From Tubiluchus corallicola (taxonomy: Eukaryota > Animalia > Priapulida): a stretch of 64,000 bases of DNA. Below, one piece after another: positions 37,701 to 50,562 of this stretch. The DNA lies in NCBI GenBank assembly GCA_030141605.1, contig JAQGDQ010000116.1, positions 538,603 through 602,602 of the forward strand, given 5' to 3'. The stretch's first letter is position 1, and each line of letters starts with the position of its first letter. The translations under genes and the position numbers were made by a program. Below the pieces are notes generated by a model. The model had not been told where the DNA came from. It did no database searches and saw only the letters and a list, made by a program, of their open reading frames with translations.

Positions 37701-40700
37701 TCTGGAGTTTTTAACAAATTCATCACTTCAAAATATCCATTTAATTGGGAAAGTGGTCTTTTTGGAAAAATAAATAAATGAGTACAAAATTGTAAATTGT
37801 TAAATTTCTTATACTTGGTGTTGAACATTGGTGTTCTGATCTCTCCTTCTTTTGGATAACTTTCTCTCTCATTCAGAAAGCAAATTCATTCTTAAACATA
37901 GCCAAGTAACTGGCTTGTGTGTTGGCTGCAAAGTCAAGTATCAATGGGTCTGGCTAGTAAATAAGTGGGTGGTTGTCAAAAACACTGGGGGTTTTGGTTG
38001 GTTTTATCTACCATTTTATTCTTCTCTGTCCTTTTCTTTCATTGAGCGACGATGGTCAGAACACTTCTGCCTACTCAGTGTCTGATTTCGAAAGATTGTG
38101 CTTGATGACAAATTTGTCTTTAGTCCGACCATAACTATTTAGCCTTAGTAAAGGGTGTTGCCGGGTTGAGTGCTGAAACAAAATCCTCTGATAGCACTTC
38201 TTTACTGAGATTTGAACAATATTTTGCAAATGCTTTGTAACACTAGATAGTTGGGGTGTCTTGTAGGTTTGTAATGATACATTGTAATATCTTTTCTTAC
38301 GATGTGCTTATCGTCAAAGCGCGTCTGTATCGCGATACTCTTGACTTATACGAGTCTCTGAAACTTGGCAAGAGGCCACGTGTCTAATAATCTGCAGATA
38401 AAAACAATTTGAAATCTCAGTGCAACTTTAAAGTGTACTGCTGTAGATACGTAACAGTAACTCCTTAACACAGTTTAAGCTGTACTGAGAGCGGACGTGG
38501 TACGTGCTACAGTTTGCAGCCCGCAATCAACGCTGCATTGCTAAAATGTTGGTAATCGTGTTAACATATTCTGCAGGCAATATATAGTGATTGCGTTGTT
38601 TTGAAATGACTAATAAGGGTGAAAATACACTAGCTACATTTAAATCAAAAGTTTGGAAATATTTTGCATTTCCAGGCACGTATGTTCAGAATGATGTACG
38701 AGAAATTTTACCAAACTATAACTGTTTGCCGAGTCTGTGACACTGCTTTAAATTATGCTGGAAATACCATAAATATGACATTACACACAAAGTTGATTCA
38801 TTTAGATAACTGGAATGAAGGAAAAGTGTGTAATAATCACTGAGCGAAAGTAAACAAGCACTGCCAACAACTTCCAAACGTGCACTTGTCCTGGTCAACT
38901 GAGATGCTTTCAAATCAAAACTATTGCAAAATATATAGCACCTGGATCGCATAAAGCTCAACTGATAACTAAACACATCAGAATTTTTATGGCAGCAGAC
39001 TTTTTGTTGTGAAAGTACTGGGTTCAGAAAACTGATAAATGTATTAGAGCCATGATACACTATACCTTTACGCACTTACTTCAGTGAAACACTGATGCTT
39101 CAGTTGTACAAATAAACAAAGACTCAAATAGAAACGAGGGAAGGAGTTTACAATTCCCCACACTTTAAATACTATAACCTTAATCTTAACCCTAGCCCCT
39201 ACCCTAACCCTAATTCAACCCTATCCCTAACTCTAACCCTAACCCCAACCCTCACCCTCATCCTAATCCGCTTCATGAACTAATCTTTTGTGGGTTCGAA
39301 TTGTAAGCTTTAGCCAAAATGAGATTAGCAAAGACACATATGTCGCTTTAACTAGTGTGTCGCGTGCCACTCAATGTTATAATACTATAACTGTTCACTT
39401 TACTACCGATGAATGAAAATTAGCAAATTACGTTTTGTAAACAAGCGTCATAACAAAGTCTCACACGGGGAAGTATCTTGGCGTTGTGCTTAAAGCAGCT
39501 GTTAATGAATGGCAACTGCTAACAAAATATAGCATATTGCTTGTTATGGACAATGCGAGTGACATGGACATTGCTGCTAAAGAAGCCAGTTTGTTTCCAA
39601 ATATGAAGTGCTTTGCTGATGATGTTAAGACCAGATGAAACAGTAGTTGCGACATGTGTGAAAGATTTTTCGAACATTAACTAGCAATTGAAGCAACACT
39701 ACTTGAAAAGGACATTCGAAAAAATGAAAAAGACATTTGCACATTAAAAGGAGACGGTGACTCAAAGGTTGAAGAGCTTGTTGCTATTCTGAAGCTGCTA
39801 AAGACTATCACAAAAATCCTTTGTGAATCTAAAATTCCCATATTACTTACCCATTCCTGAAACTCATATTTGATACAATGACTGTGAACCCTAAAGCCTA
39901 AACGGAAAGTGGTTCTAATTTGGCTGAAACCATGAAAGTGGCTATTAGTAATGATTTAGCAAAACGTTATACATCTGAAGAAATGGAAGATTTTCTATTT
40001 GAGAGCTGTGCGATAGATCCTAGAGCTTTCCCACAGCTAGGTGGGGACACAAAGAACTGTTTCTACATGTCTTTGATTACAAAGATTGTTAGATTTCACA
40101 AAAACAGTCGCTGCACGAATGTACATGCAGCAGAACCTTCAGCAGACTCCGTAAAGGAAACTAATAGTGATGGGCAAGTTAACACAGATGTGGCGCATAT
40201 ATGCGTCAATAAGCAAGAAGAACTCCCTTCATGACAGTGTAACTGAGGAGGTTAGAAAATACAGAATAGAACAGTCAATCGACATCAATAGCAATCCTCT
40301 GCATTGGTGGAAACAGCATAGTGGTATACTCCCATTAATGGCAGAGGGCGCAAAATATTATTTGCAAACCCACACTACTTCCGTGCCAAATGAAAGAGTG
40401 CTCTCATCAGCAGAAGATATTGTAACAAACCAGAGGGCTTCACTATCCCATGAAAATGTAGATATTTTGATTTTGTTAAAGAAAAATATGCAATACTAAG
40501 ACTAACTAAGCTACCAAATTGTAAAGTGAATTGTAAATCAGCAGCAATTTATTAGTTATTACCTTATTATAAACTTTAATTAAATTTTATTTATCACAAC
40601 TATAATAACATAAACATAATTTTTCTTAGCAATAACAAAATTCGTTATATCTCTGAATCTATTAAACCTGCAAAAAAGTTCTCATATGTATTGCGAAACT

Positions 40701-41298
40701 TATCGTATTGTGGGTTAGTATCGTGATACTTATCGTATTGTGACTAGTGTATCATTACAGCCCTAGTATCTTGCAAGCATTATTGCAGACCAATTAACTT
40801 AGACCTGTTAATTATAAAAATCCCATTGAGTATGTGCCTTACTCTTGTGATGGAGTTTAAGATCTAACCTTGTCTATGTTGAATACAAGAAATAACCCCT
40901 CCCTTGAAATGCCTGGCGGTTTAACTTTGAACCTGGCAATAATAGTAAAAATGCCCTTTATTAGTGAAATTTGGCTAATTTTTGTAACTTTCTTGAATGG
41001 TTTTGTTACGAGTACAAATGTTACAGCAATATAATTACACAATTGATTATTGTAGAAGACACCTACAGTTGTTATGGAACCAACATCTGTGAACGTAACT
41101 CCAATTCTTAGTGTTACGAATGCGTCACCTTTGTCAGTATCCACCGCATCTGCTGGAACAATTTACCACTTTACTGAAGGGCAGTTTGAGCAAGCAACCT
41201 TACCTTTACTAATAAAGCAAGAGACTCACCTGGGACTGTCACTTGATGCCAGGATGCAAACTGAGGCCAGTGATTCAAAACTGGAGCCGCATTCATGA
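31748..41298 (+). CDS. FOS: Fos-family bZIP transcription factor (kayak/c-Fos-like), 6 coding exons, ~316 aa
   Basis: Exons: 31748-31795, 33483-33620, 34465-34692, 35976-36083, 37476-37661, 41056-41298, all with phase-0 GT-AG introns. Motifs: [24 protein letters not shown] and GGRR. The 108-nt basic exon encodes [27 protein letters not shown]. The zipper has Fos-type a-positions (T,T,K,I,K) and ends in HLPMC. The first and last exons are less certain than the core. Confidence 0.92.
32090..32630 (+). mobile_element. Non-LTR retrotransposon 3' fragment (C-terminal Cys/His knuckle) in Fos intron 1
   Basis: ORF 32106..32414 contains LKCRYKNKY...CNMC...HLLEC, a typical LINE ORF2 C-terminal zinc-knuckle pattern. 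It is followed by a GC-richer 3' UTR and an AT tail. Confidence 0.6.
32680..33185 (+). mobile_element. Tc1/mariner-superfamily (maT/DD37D-like) transposase remnant in Fos intron 1
   Basis: [18 protein letters not shown] at ~33027-33080 matches the first catalytic Asp motif (FTDEK.F.....N.QND). The starts tatacag and ends ...tctggacac are terminus-like, but the element is heavily deleted. Confidence 0.6.
34695..35665. mobile_element. Putative non-autonomous DNA transposon with repeated GTGTCGGAYGTAC motifs in Fos intron 3
   Basis: Five co-oriented copies at ~34730, 34857, 35137, 35155 and 35311. The left end gagtccccataatcagaaaaatgggtaattt has only a weak inverted counterpart near 35635-35660. 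Confidence 0.45.
38264..40765 (+). mobile_element. hAT (Ac/ZBED1-like) DNA transposon with pseudogenised transposase in Fos intron 5
   Basis: TIRs taggtttgtaatgataca / tgtatcattacagcccta (16/18 match) and an 8-bp TSD gtgtcttg / gtatcttg. Transposase remnants: BED finger KSKVWKYF...CRVC...LNYAGNT, then SHTG, MDNASDM, CFA, DVKTR*NS, and the hATC dimerisation domain NPLHWWK...[37 protein letters not shown]. Many stops and an internal deletion. Confidence 0.95.
39135..39315. mobile_element. Small nested insertion carrying degenerate (CCCTAA)n repeats between inverted repeats
   Basis: It interrupts the transposase in an A-run. ttacaattc-cccaca (39148-39162) is inverted against tgtggg-ttc-gaattgtaa (39289-39306), with ~15 degenerate CCCTAA units at 39175-39266. 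Confidence 0.7.
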
Positions 41299-42067
41299 TG
41301 TCAATTTTCCATTCCAGTTTTAGTAGATAAATTAGCCAAACTATTTTGAAAATATATTTTTTGATGGTGTTTTATCTTATTCATGGAAAGTTTGCCTGCA
41401 ATACAAAAACACTTTTAGTAGAAATTCCAAGCTGCTATTTGTCTTGTCATGAGCTTATTACTACTAGTAACTGTACATTATTTACTGATCCACCATAGTA
41501 AGAAATAAGTAATTTTTGGAAGCGAGGTAAAATGAGGGAGTGATGATGAAATCTAACATTCACTGAGATTTTTCATTGCATCCAGTATCATTAATGTTGG
41601 GCATTTTTGTACGTTGCATCAATATACCCATAAATAGAACTTAAAGAATTATTTTTAAATTGTGCAGTATGCTCTAGTTCAATTTCTTTTTATGTTTTGA
41701 ATATGACTGTTTTAATTTGACTGTGGTCAAGAATTGTTGTTTGTGCAATATTATTTTTCTTTTGCCGTGACCAAAAGTACTTTGTGTCTATTCAGTATCA
41801 TTGCATTATTCAAGATTATTCATTCTTGTAAAACATAAGTTTTAGTTATTTATCGATAAGTTGTGCAATTCAGTGCTGCAGTTTTGCTGTACTTTATTTG
41901 GTTTATTTTATCATTTCTGTAAATTGTGCATTTGTGCCACTTACTGTATATTTAAGTATTTTACTAGTTTTAGATTGTACATGGTAAAAGGTTTGTTGTA
42001 GACCTCTGTATTTACAACTGTTTTACTTTTATGTTTTGTGCAAAATAACTTGTTGTGCAATTGAGCA

Positions 42068-42118
42068 GATGATGATGGTGATGGTGATAGTGATGATGAT
42101 AGTGATGATGATGATAAT
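42068..42118. repeat. Degenerate (GAT)n microsatellite
   Basis: gatgatggtgatggtgatagtgatgatgat...; it explains the poly-Ser ORF at 41941..42156. Confidence 0.85.
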
Positions 42119-44102
42119 AAAGGCAATTGAATGCCATTAGCTTTTACTCTATCCATTCTTTGCTAAACTTTTGGGTAGCAAACAAAAACAAATGTGATAT
42201 GTAGGTACATTTGGTCCTATAAGCTGAACTTTCAAGTTCCATCATGATAGAGAAGTGATCCTGGTTTAGTGGTAGAGTAATACCTCCAGTGCAATTGCAT
42301 CCATGGCTTGTTCACTTTGATGGTCATGACTCATCAGATGCGAGGCTTTTTAATTGTGAGGGGTTATCACTTCCACTGCTGTTAGTTTGTAAGTCTTATT
42401 CAGAATTTCTTATTCAACAGGGTTGTTATTTCATAGCTGGCCTTTACATTTGAAAGCAGTTCAGCTTTGAAAGCAGAGAACCAACTTGGTAGCTACCCAA
42501 TACTTTTCTGTGTGATCTACCACTACTGAAGTCTGGAAAATTACAGAGGTTTGAGTAAAGTTATGGATAACTTCATTTATTAACACACTGTTTTTTCTTC
42601 TTTGAAGGTAGCATTTGGTTAAGGCTCCTACATATTCATTGCTCAGACTACTTGTTTTTCCTGTGAAAGAGATTGCTACCTGCTTAAATTTTGAAGCTTC
42701 AGCCATCCGAAACATGATGTGTATTCAGTGTATTGTGTATTGGCATCATAAGTGTTAACATATGTGTTTTGCACCAGCGCACTGTTTTTTAATTTTACAA
42801 TCAAAATTATTGTTAGCAAATTGTTATTTATTTTTAAATATACATGTATGCCTTGCTATTGTGCTACTAAATCTTATTTTGTTCTTTAGAATAATCTGCT
42901 ACCTCTTTATTGACACTTGATGCTACAAAGTGGGCAAGTGTAGAATTGCTGGTTCGATTTGCATGTCTGTCTGCTGCCAGCTTTTGTCATTCTTCATGTT
43001 ATCATGTATATTAATTACGTGAAAATATACATATATATACATGTTTTGACAAAATTAGGATTTTGCTTATTTGTTACTTATGAAATTGTACTGTAGTGTC
43101 GTGAATATATGAAAGTAGTGTAATATTTATGTAATAGTGATATAATTTTTCATATCATGTATGTAATAGTCCAGCTTATTAATAGCTGGAATGAACTTCA
43201 TTTTTGTACATTTTGTGAATAATTAATATTACGTATATTTTTTTTCTTGGTACAAAAAATCGTCAACGGATGGCGCGGCAGAGTTATCGAGTGAGAGGAA
43301 GAATGAATTGCATGAGCGTTTTTGATATTTTTAAGTGTGAATTTTAATACGGCGAATTACCGTTTTTTGAAGGGACCTTGGCGAAACAATATTAATTCGC
43401 ATGATTCATCTCCCGTTTTGCGAAGACTCGCTATGCGCAGCGCATGCAACTAGTAGCTACGCTCCCCATTGTGCTGAGTGACGCTGGGGTTTTCCCATTT
43501 GTCATCGATTTGATATTCTCTTGCTTGAGGCTGAGCAAAGCTTATATATGGACTCCGCAGTATCATGAAATTATTTATTACCCGATGCCGTGACTGTAAC
43601 TTGTACTTTATAATATAGGCCTATCATGTATATGATGAGCAGATCCATTAATAATTATAATTAATCTTTAACATAACTATCACTAATTACAAATTAAAGT
43701 TATTATTATAGCTTGAAATAAGTCCTTCAAATTGTAGCTCAGCCCCCCCCCCAGTCGGGGGGGGGGGTAGGTATTTGCTGACTTGGTACAGTGTTTGCAT
43801 AGTTAGCGGCTGAATGTAAGCAACCTTGAACCTATTAACAAACGGATTAGTCATAATCAGAAAAATCATCAGGTTGTATATATATATCTGAATCTAGTTA
43901 TGACACCTTTCCGGTTTCATAACTGAATCCTGAATCCGGTTTACTATCTTGCCTTATAGGATTATCGTTGATTATCAGATAGGTTTCTGTCCTGCCATAT
44001 GGCATCGGCATAACGAATCGGCTGTGCTATTGATTACTGAGTATCGGCTTGCCAAACCTTTGCTAAAATCGACACGCTTATGTTATTAATGTAATATAAG
44101 TA

Positions 44103-44212
44103 TGCAAGTTAGTACGGCCAAACTATGTAAGTTCTGTTCTAAACAATCAAACTCGTGTGCAAGTTAGTACTGCCAAACTATGTAGGTTTTGTTCTAAACA
44201 ATGAAACTCGTA
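44103..44212. repeat. 55-bp tandem duplication (2 copies)
   Basis: tgcaagttagtac[g/t]gccaaactatgta[a/g]gtt[c/t]tgttctaaacaat[c/g]aaactcgt starts at 44103 and again at 44158. Confidence 0.9.
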
Positions 44213-44629
44213 TTCTATTTTGTCTATTTTAACATGAAATAAATATAAGCAAACAAAAATGCACTGACTGTTTGTCTTAGGAAAATCTGCATTATGTATT
44301 TGCTGTATTGCTCTAATAAACAAATTTATTCTTAACCATTCATTGTCCTTTAAGAGTGAACGTATAATCAATATATTAATATTTGGGGGCTGTCAATATA
44401 ATTATTAGTATAGGCATGATGCGTAGGTAGAGATGTGGCTTGTTTAAACTGGACTAAAAACACTGCAACAGTATTCTTTAAGGAACAAATTTTTGCTCTC
44501 TTTTTAATACGATAGCGAGATAACTAATTAGATCTACATGTTGTGTAACCGCAGGCCAAGCCGATCAGGCACAATTTATACAATATGTAATACTATTGTA
44601 TAAACTGCGGCTCAGGTGAATAAACTACG

Positions 44630-44797
44630 AAGCGCATGTCTGACTTGCGTCACTCGCTAAAAAAAGACCATGATGTCAGACAGCTGAAAGCGTTTTCACC
44701 GCGCAGAATCGGAAAATAGTTTTGATCTGCTAACTGGAGTGTTTTATTTTGTTATGAAGTTGCCAAGAGTTACCTGAGAAACTCTCACTTTTAGCCG
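44630..44797 (+). promoter_or_regulatory. Candidate promoter and non-coding first exon of the ATF3-like gene
   Basis: TATAAA (44599), CRE/ATF-like TTGCGTCA (~44645) and a perfect donor ccg|GTAAGT at 44798. The ATF3-like ATG lies 2 nt after an acceptor (52914), so an upstream UTR exon is expected. Confidence 0.45.
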
Positions 44798-47700
44798 GTA
44801 AGTTTCGTTTTTCGTATTTTGGTGACTGCAATGCGGTTTTTAATAGTGAATATTACGATAATGAAAATGAAAACGAGGGGAGCTCGATTTCTAGGTGTAA
44901 TTAACACAAGTGTAATAATCCAGGTTTAATGTAATTGTATCATATTCATTCACAGCCAGAACCTGGTAGTCCTTAAAAATTAACCTGCCAAGTTAATATT
45001 ATTTTCACTTTGCAGTTTGATAAATGATGCATGTAGTTTTTAACTTTGGCATAACCTAGCACATTAGCAGCATTTTTTCAGTTACTGGCTTTCAACGTGT
45101 GCAGTTTTTATAAGGCGATTATAAGCAAAACTGATAATCGCTATCTAATTAAAAATGTGTATAAAGGAAAGATACATCGTTTTTTCAAAAATTGCAAAGT
45201 CGAATAAATATGCCACAGTATAACTTATTATAGGACTTGTGCCTTATCATCTCTGCGAAATTTTTTGACACTGTCAGAAATTTACCTTCCAGCACTTTTA
45301 CCTGAACTGTTGCTGATAAGCGGTGGTCGATGTCAAGGCATAAAATTTCACTGAAAAATATCAAACGCGGTGCGCGGGTTGAAATTATTTAGCGGATCTT
45401 TTATTTTTATGGACACCAGTTTTGCAGCGACCTTTTTAAAATAAGACAATTGGACGAGCCCTATGTGCATTAGTTAGATCGTCACTGGATTTTAATTTTG
45501 CCAGTTTGTGAACGATATTCAAACCCTCAATACAGATTAAAAAGTAACTCAAGAATTTCACAAGAATGACTAAATTATTTGGCGATGTTATCTATAGTTT
45601 GAAATGATTTTGAAAAATTTCTCGGATAAATATGCCCGAAAAATCTGTTTTCAGAAGATGTATGCACAAGCAGTATGCTAGTAATTATCTTTACTTGCAA
45701 TAAAACATTAAAACTTTCTTTTAGCTTTTAAATTTTTACTACATCTTTGTGGTTAATGCTTGAATCTCAAGCTTTCAAAAACTGGCATACTACATGTGGC
45801 ATAAACCATCAAATCTTGAGCTTTTGAAGGTAGAGGGCTGCCAATAACAATTTCTAATTGGGCCTTGCACTTCCTAGCACCGGCCGTGTAATTGACTTGA
45901 GCAGCGATGATTCTACATGTCCCTTAAATTATTAAATTTATTAGATTCTCATGTTTAACTCAAGGTTAAATATTTTCAGGTCAAGATGTGGCTTAGAAAA
46001 TTTGACGTGACAACTGACAATGACGTTGAAATGTGGTTCAGAAATTATTCGTTATTCAGATACATGTATTGTAATACGTGAAATGACATCATCAACTCTA
46101 TTTCACATGTTTTGGTAACACGACCTTGACCTTGGACATTAAGTCATATTTTTTGGCAAATTTGCTTGGTTCACAAATTCTCAAAGACACACAGAAAGCA
46201 CTTATTTCCCAGGCTGGGTGCCTCGTGTGATATTTGATCTTGACTTTTGAGCCAAGGTCAAAAATTTCTCACGTCCAATTTTTTCTGCAGAAAATTGTCC
46301 ACCTACTTTTTCCACTGATTATATGTACCAAATAGCAGCAGTCCTAAGGTTGGTGGCGCACTGGGCAAGCTGAACTTCGGCGCCCTAACAAGTATAATTT
46401 TAAAAAATTTTCACGAGGAGAAAAACTGAAAATGTGAAATAAAGAGTTTATTACAATATGTAGTAAACTAGAGTAAACAGCTAAACACAGCATCAGGTTC
46501 CAAATCCTTGAAAGCTTTTTGGATTCAAACATTTTGAATTTTCATTTCATTTTATTTTTTATTTTCATATTTTTTCTTTATCCTTAACAACGCCCCCCAA
46601 GCACATGGCACCCCGGGCGACTGCCCGAGTCAAATGGCGTTGTTATGGAGCGCATTGGCAAGTTTGCGATGTTAACCTGTGACGTAGGGGCCAGGCTATC
46701 GTTTAACAGTTAACACTGGTCACCTAGCATCAATACTTGTCATCTTGGTGAACAACTCTTGAGGAAAAACTGCTTCTACGTCACTACATTTGCAATCGTT
46801 TGAACTTTGGATTTCCCTCGCTGCCCGCTTGCCCGGGAGCGGTATAAAATATTTATCTTTATTAGCTTGTCAGCAAGCTGACAGGGTTACTCTAATTTCT
46901 CCCATTGAACTGATTCGGATCGGATTCTCCCATGCACGTACGGCATAGTCACCCCAACTGGTACAACGCAGAATTATGACAGAATAGACTACGGATGCTG
47001 CAGGACCGTGCAGGTCCCTAGGCTGTCAAAGTTAGGGGGGGGGGCTAATTACTCAGTTTAAATTGCATTACGTGTTTAGGTATTTAATTTAGGTAATGCA
47101 CAATCGGCAGGCGGCACTAAACCACCTTCCATGGGTCAGATTCACAAACTATAAAATTTGGGGAAGGCACGAGAAATGGGTGAACGTTCTAACGATTTGC
47201 AAAAAAAAAAATTATTCCTGAAAATCTATCATTATTACACTTGCGGTTAAGGATTCACTTAACCGGTTAACCAGTTAACTTTTTATCCGTTAACCGTTAG
47301 CCGATTTATCAGATCTAGGCAACATAGCAAGCCCTCTGTAATTTGCCGACTAGATCATTGGAGAACCAAATAAACAGGAAATTTACAACGCAAATATATC
47401 AAATGAAACTTTAGAGTCATATGTACAAATAGGAGTGAAACTTTTAGAAAGTCTACTTAGAAAGAGAAAAGTCTCTGTTTACATCTTTATAAAACAATGT
47501 CAAATTTCAAATTTGAAAAAATAAAGAGTTAACTACCTTGGAAAAGACAATAATTATGGTTTTTATTAGTTTTTAAAGGATTCGGTTTTTCTTGAGGTTT
47601 CCCGCATTTCAGATTTTTGCTTGTCCTTTTTATGCAATATATATTATTATGCCCATATATGCAATGTATATATTATAACATATAACATATATTATATATA

Positions 47701-48057
47701 TGTTACAGGCAATGTATGAAACTGGGTATATTCTATAGAACCATGAAAACACCAATCATAGCCATTTAACTACACACAATATGCAAAATTGTATTTAAGC
47801 TCTAAGCCTTGTGTAAAATTGCGAAGAAAAAAATCCTTGTGTACTGCTAGGAACCTTCTTACACACAAACACCTTAACAAATTTAAAAATGTTTCTGAAT
47901 TCGGCTTCATAGATATGGAAAGTGATCCACCTGGTTGAGCAGCAGGGGAAAGACGGTGACGTTGCACCAACCACCAGCTTAGTTTACTACGTTAAGCGAT
48001 TGTGTGTTCAAATTAGTGAATTTTCTCTGGTTAATGTTAACTCACCAAGTAACACGC

Positions 48058-48310
48058 AAGCATGTTCAGACTAGAGAGCAAGAATTGCTGTGCATTACTC
48101 TCGGACAGTAAGCTGACACTCTCTTCTGTATTCACTGCAAGAAGTGTCGAGAGTAACTCGCCGCTGCGTTCACTCTAGACAGTAAGTCGCAGCAACTGTC
48201 AAAGAGTTTGCAATTTTTTCCCGACAGTAACTCGCAGGGCAAGTCGCTCTTGCTAGTTTGCTGTCAGAGAAAAAACTCGCGACAGAAACTCGCTTGTCTG
48301 AACGAGTCTT
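48058..48310. mobile_element. MITE (PIF/Harbinger-like termini)
   Basis: Imperfect TIRs aagcatgttcagactagagag / ctcgcttgtctgaacgagtctt, with internal repeats of gacagtaa.tcgc. Confidence 0.65.
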
Positions 48311-50234
48311 TTTATGTGTTTTATACAATACCTAAGTAATGTATAAAATATCTAGCCAAAGTTCGATTTTTCAGAAATTATGTTCATTTTACACATTGCC
48401 AATGTCAATTTACGCATTTTACACAAATCCTGGCTATTATATAAAACGTCTAGGTAAAGTGTGAAAGAGTCAAGGCAAAAAGATTTATTTCACACTTTTC
48501 CTGACATGCATAGGTGTTATATGAAGTGCCTAGGAATTTTATAAAATGTCTGAAGTTTACACCTTGCCTGTAACATATACACTCACTTTTGCAGTTACAT
48601 TTGGTGTTAGCTTGGACCTGCACGGGTGTTGGTAGTGCCGTTTGTGAATAACTTTTGAGATACTGGAGCAGCTAGCTAGTTAAAGCGCCTGATTGGCCAT
48701 TTTGCGGCGGCCGTCCGCTGATTGATTAGCGTTTCTCGATTTACGAAATAATTTAGGTTTATTTGCAACTGGAACTCTGTAGGTTAAATAGCTTTACGGA
48801 ATGTGGGGGTGAAGCCACAAATTCCACAACTGCCGTGATTTACATTTCTGTGTATGACTACATTCAAAGTTGTTGTAATGACATATTAATTGTTATTAAT
48901 TGTAAGCTATTGGTGATAGTCAGATGGTGTGATTCACCCGTAAGCTGTTGGTGTCATGAAACAACGTGAAGCTAAGGATAAATGAAAAGTCAGAAGTCAA
49001 ATTCGTAATGGTTGTTTTGTTTGCAAATTTGCTGGATCTATGTTTGCCTGAGGACTCAAAAGCTGCCTGTGTTTAATTAATTTCACCAATGTTAAGCAAG
49101 TTATTCATGTGTAGGCCTATTGTGCAGGTCTACGCGTTTTCTCTGTTGGAAGTGGAAGTCAAAGTCAAGGTTACGATTGCCGGCTTGTGTTTAATTGACC
49201 CTGAACTCAGATATTTGTAACGCTAATATTATTAAACTTGGTTATCTTGTAACTGACTGCCTTCAATTCACCTTACTTTTACACACTTCACGATTTTGCA
49301 TGTCGGCATCCAGTACTTAACGCCCCTGTTCATGTTTATAGTAATGGGTGTTTGTGGTTTATGTTGCGGGAACGGAACCTAGCTAATTATTGAGGATAAT
49401 CCTTTGTGATGAAACACTGAAGGGATCGTGTCCTGTGTCTAAGCCACGCTCAGCTGTAAGTACGTCTTCCTTGATCCAAATAAACAGAAACCATCAGGGT
49501 AGCCAGTATGTCTAGAAGCTGCATGTTTTCCTATGGACGGGCCCGGCTTCGCAACAAAGCACATAAAGGGCCATGAAAGAACGCGGTTGTTACGTCTATG
49601 TGAGGAAACAAGCATTCTCTGGATTTTGGGAAGCTTACCACTTAAGGGTGTGCATTTTGTTCTTGTTGGAACAACACCGACTTTCTTCCTAAATCCACAA
49701 TATGGCTGAACGGTCAAACTTGCATCCGGTATTGCGCAATCCCTGAAAAGGTGTATTTAAACAGCTAAGAAACTAAAGGAGAGGTGATAGGCTTCCTTTC
49801 ATCTTCCAGGCTTTAGTAGACCACACCTTATGCAAGCGTATTTTATCCAGAGTGTTTTATCCAAACTGACCCGTGTCAAACACAGTCGTTTTAAATCGCG
49901 TTTGCTTACTGTTTTATCTTAACAGAAAATTCTCGACCCTCTACTTCTCTGAAACAACACAGTGTTTGGAATAAGAGTTCTAACAAGAGAAAAGCTCCGC
50001 TTCATTAGCGGTTTCATAAGCGTGGGAAAATCGCTTGGTCTATCAACTTAGAGAAATGTGAAACTTCGTGTGGGTGCTTCAGTTCTTGCATAAAACGTTC
50101 GTATCCGTGAATCACTTTGTTTAGATTCCAGGCTGAGCAGCAGCTAGTGGCTTCCACGGTTAACTGGCTTCGCACCAAAGCTGAGGCGATTCTTACCCAG
50201 TCTAGAAATCCGCGTCTATAAAGACGGGGATGCG

Positions 50235-50376
50235 TAAATAAATAAATAAAAATAAACAAATAAACAAATAAATAAACAGATAGACAGGTAGATAGATAAA
50301 TAAATGAAAAAATAAATTAAATAAATTGTTAGGTAGGTAGGTAGGCAAGTAGGTAACTAAGTAAGTAGGTAAGTAG

Positions 50377-50423
<47 letters not shown>

Positions 50424-50500
50424 GGTAGGTAGGTAGGTAGGTAGGTAGGTAGGTAGGTAGGTAGGTAGGTAGGTAGGTAGGTAGGTAGGTAGGTAGGTAG

Positions 50501-50537
<37 letters not shown>

Positions 50538-50562
50538 CAAGTAAGCAGGTAGGTAAGTAAGT
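50235..50562. repeat. Compound tetranucleotide microsatellite (AAAT)n-(GTAG)n/(GTAA)n
   Basis: Directly visible; it generates the TYLP/TYLL repeat ORFs. The preceding ~240 bp looks like a SINE 3' end with a TAAA tail. Confidence 0.97.

Noticed and set aside
39920-40499. Two ORFs as a domesticated ZBED-like gene
   Set aside because: They are frameshifted parts of a transposase with stops and deletions, lying between TIRs and a TSD.
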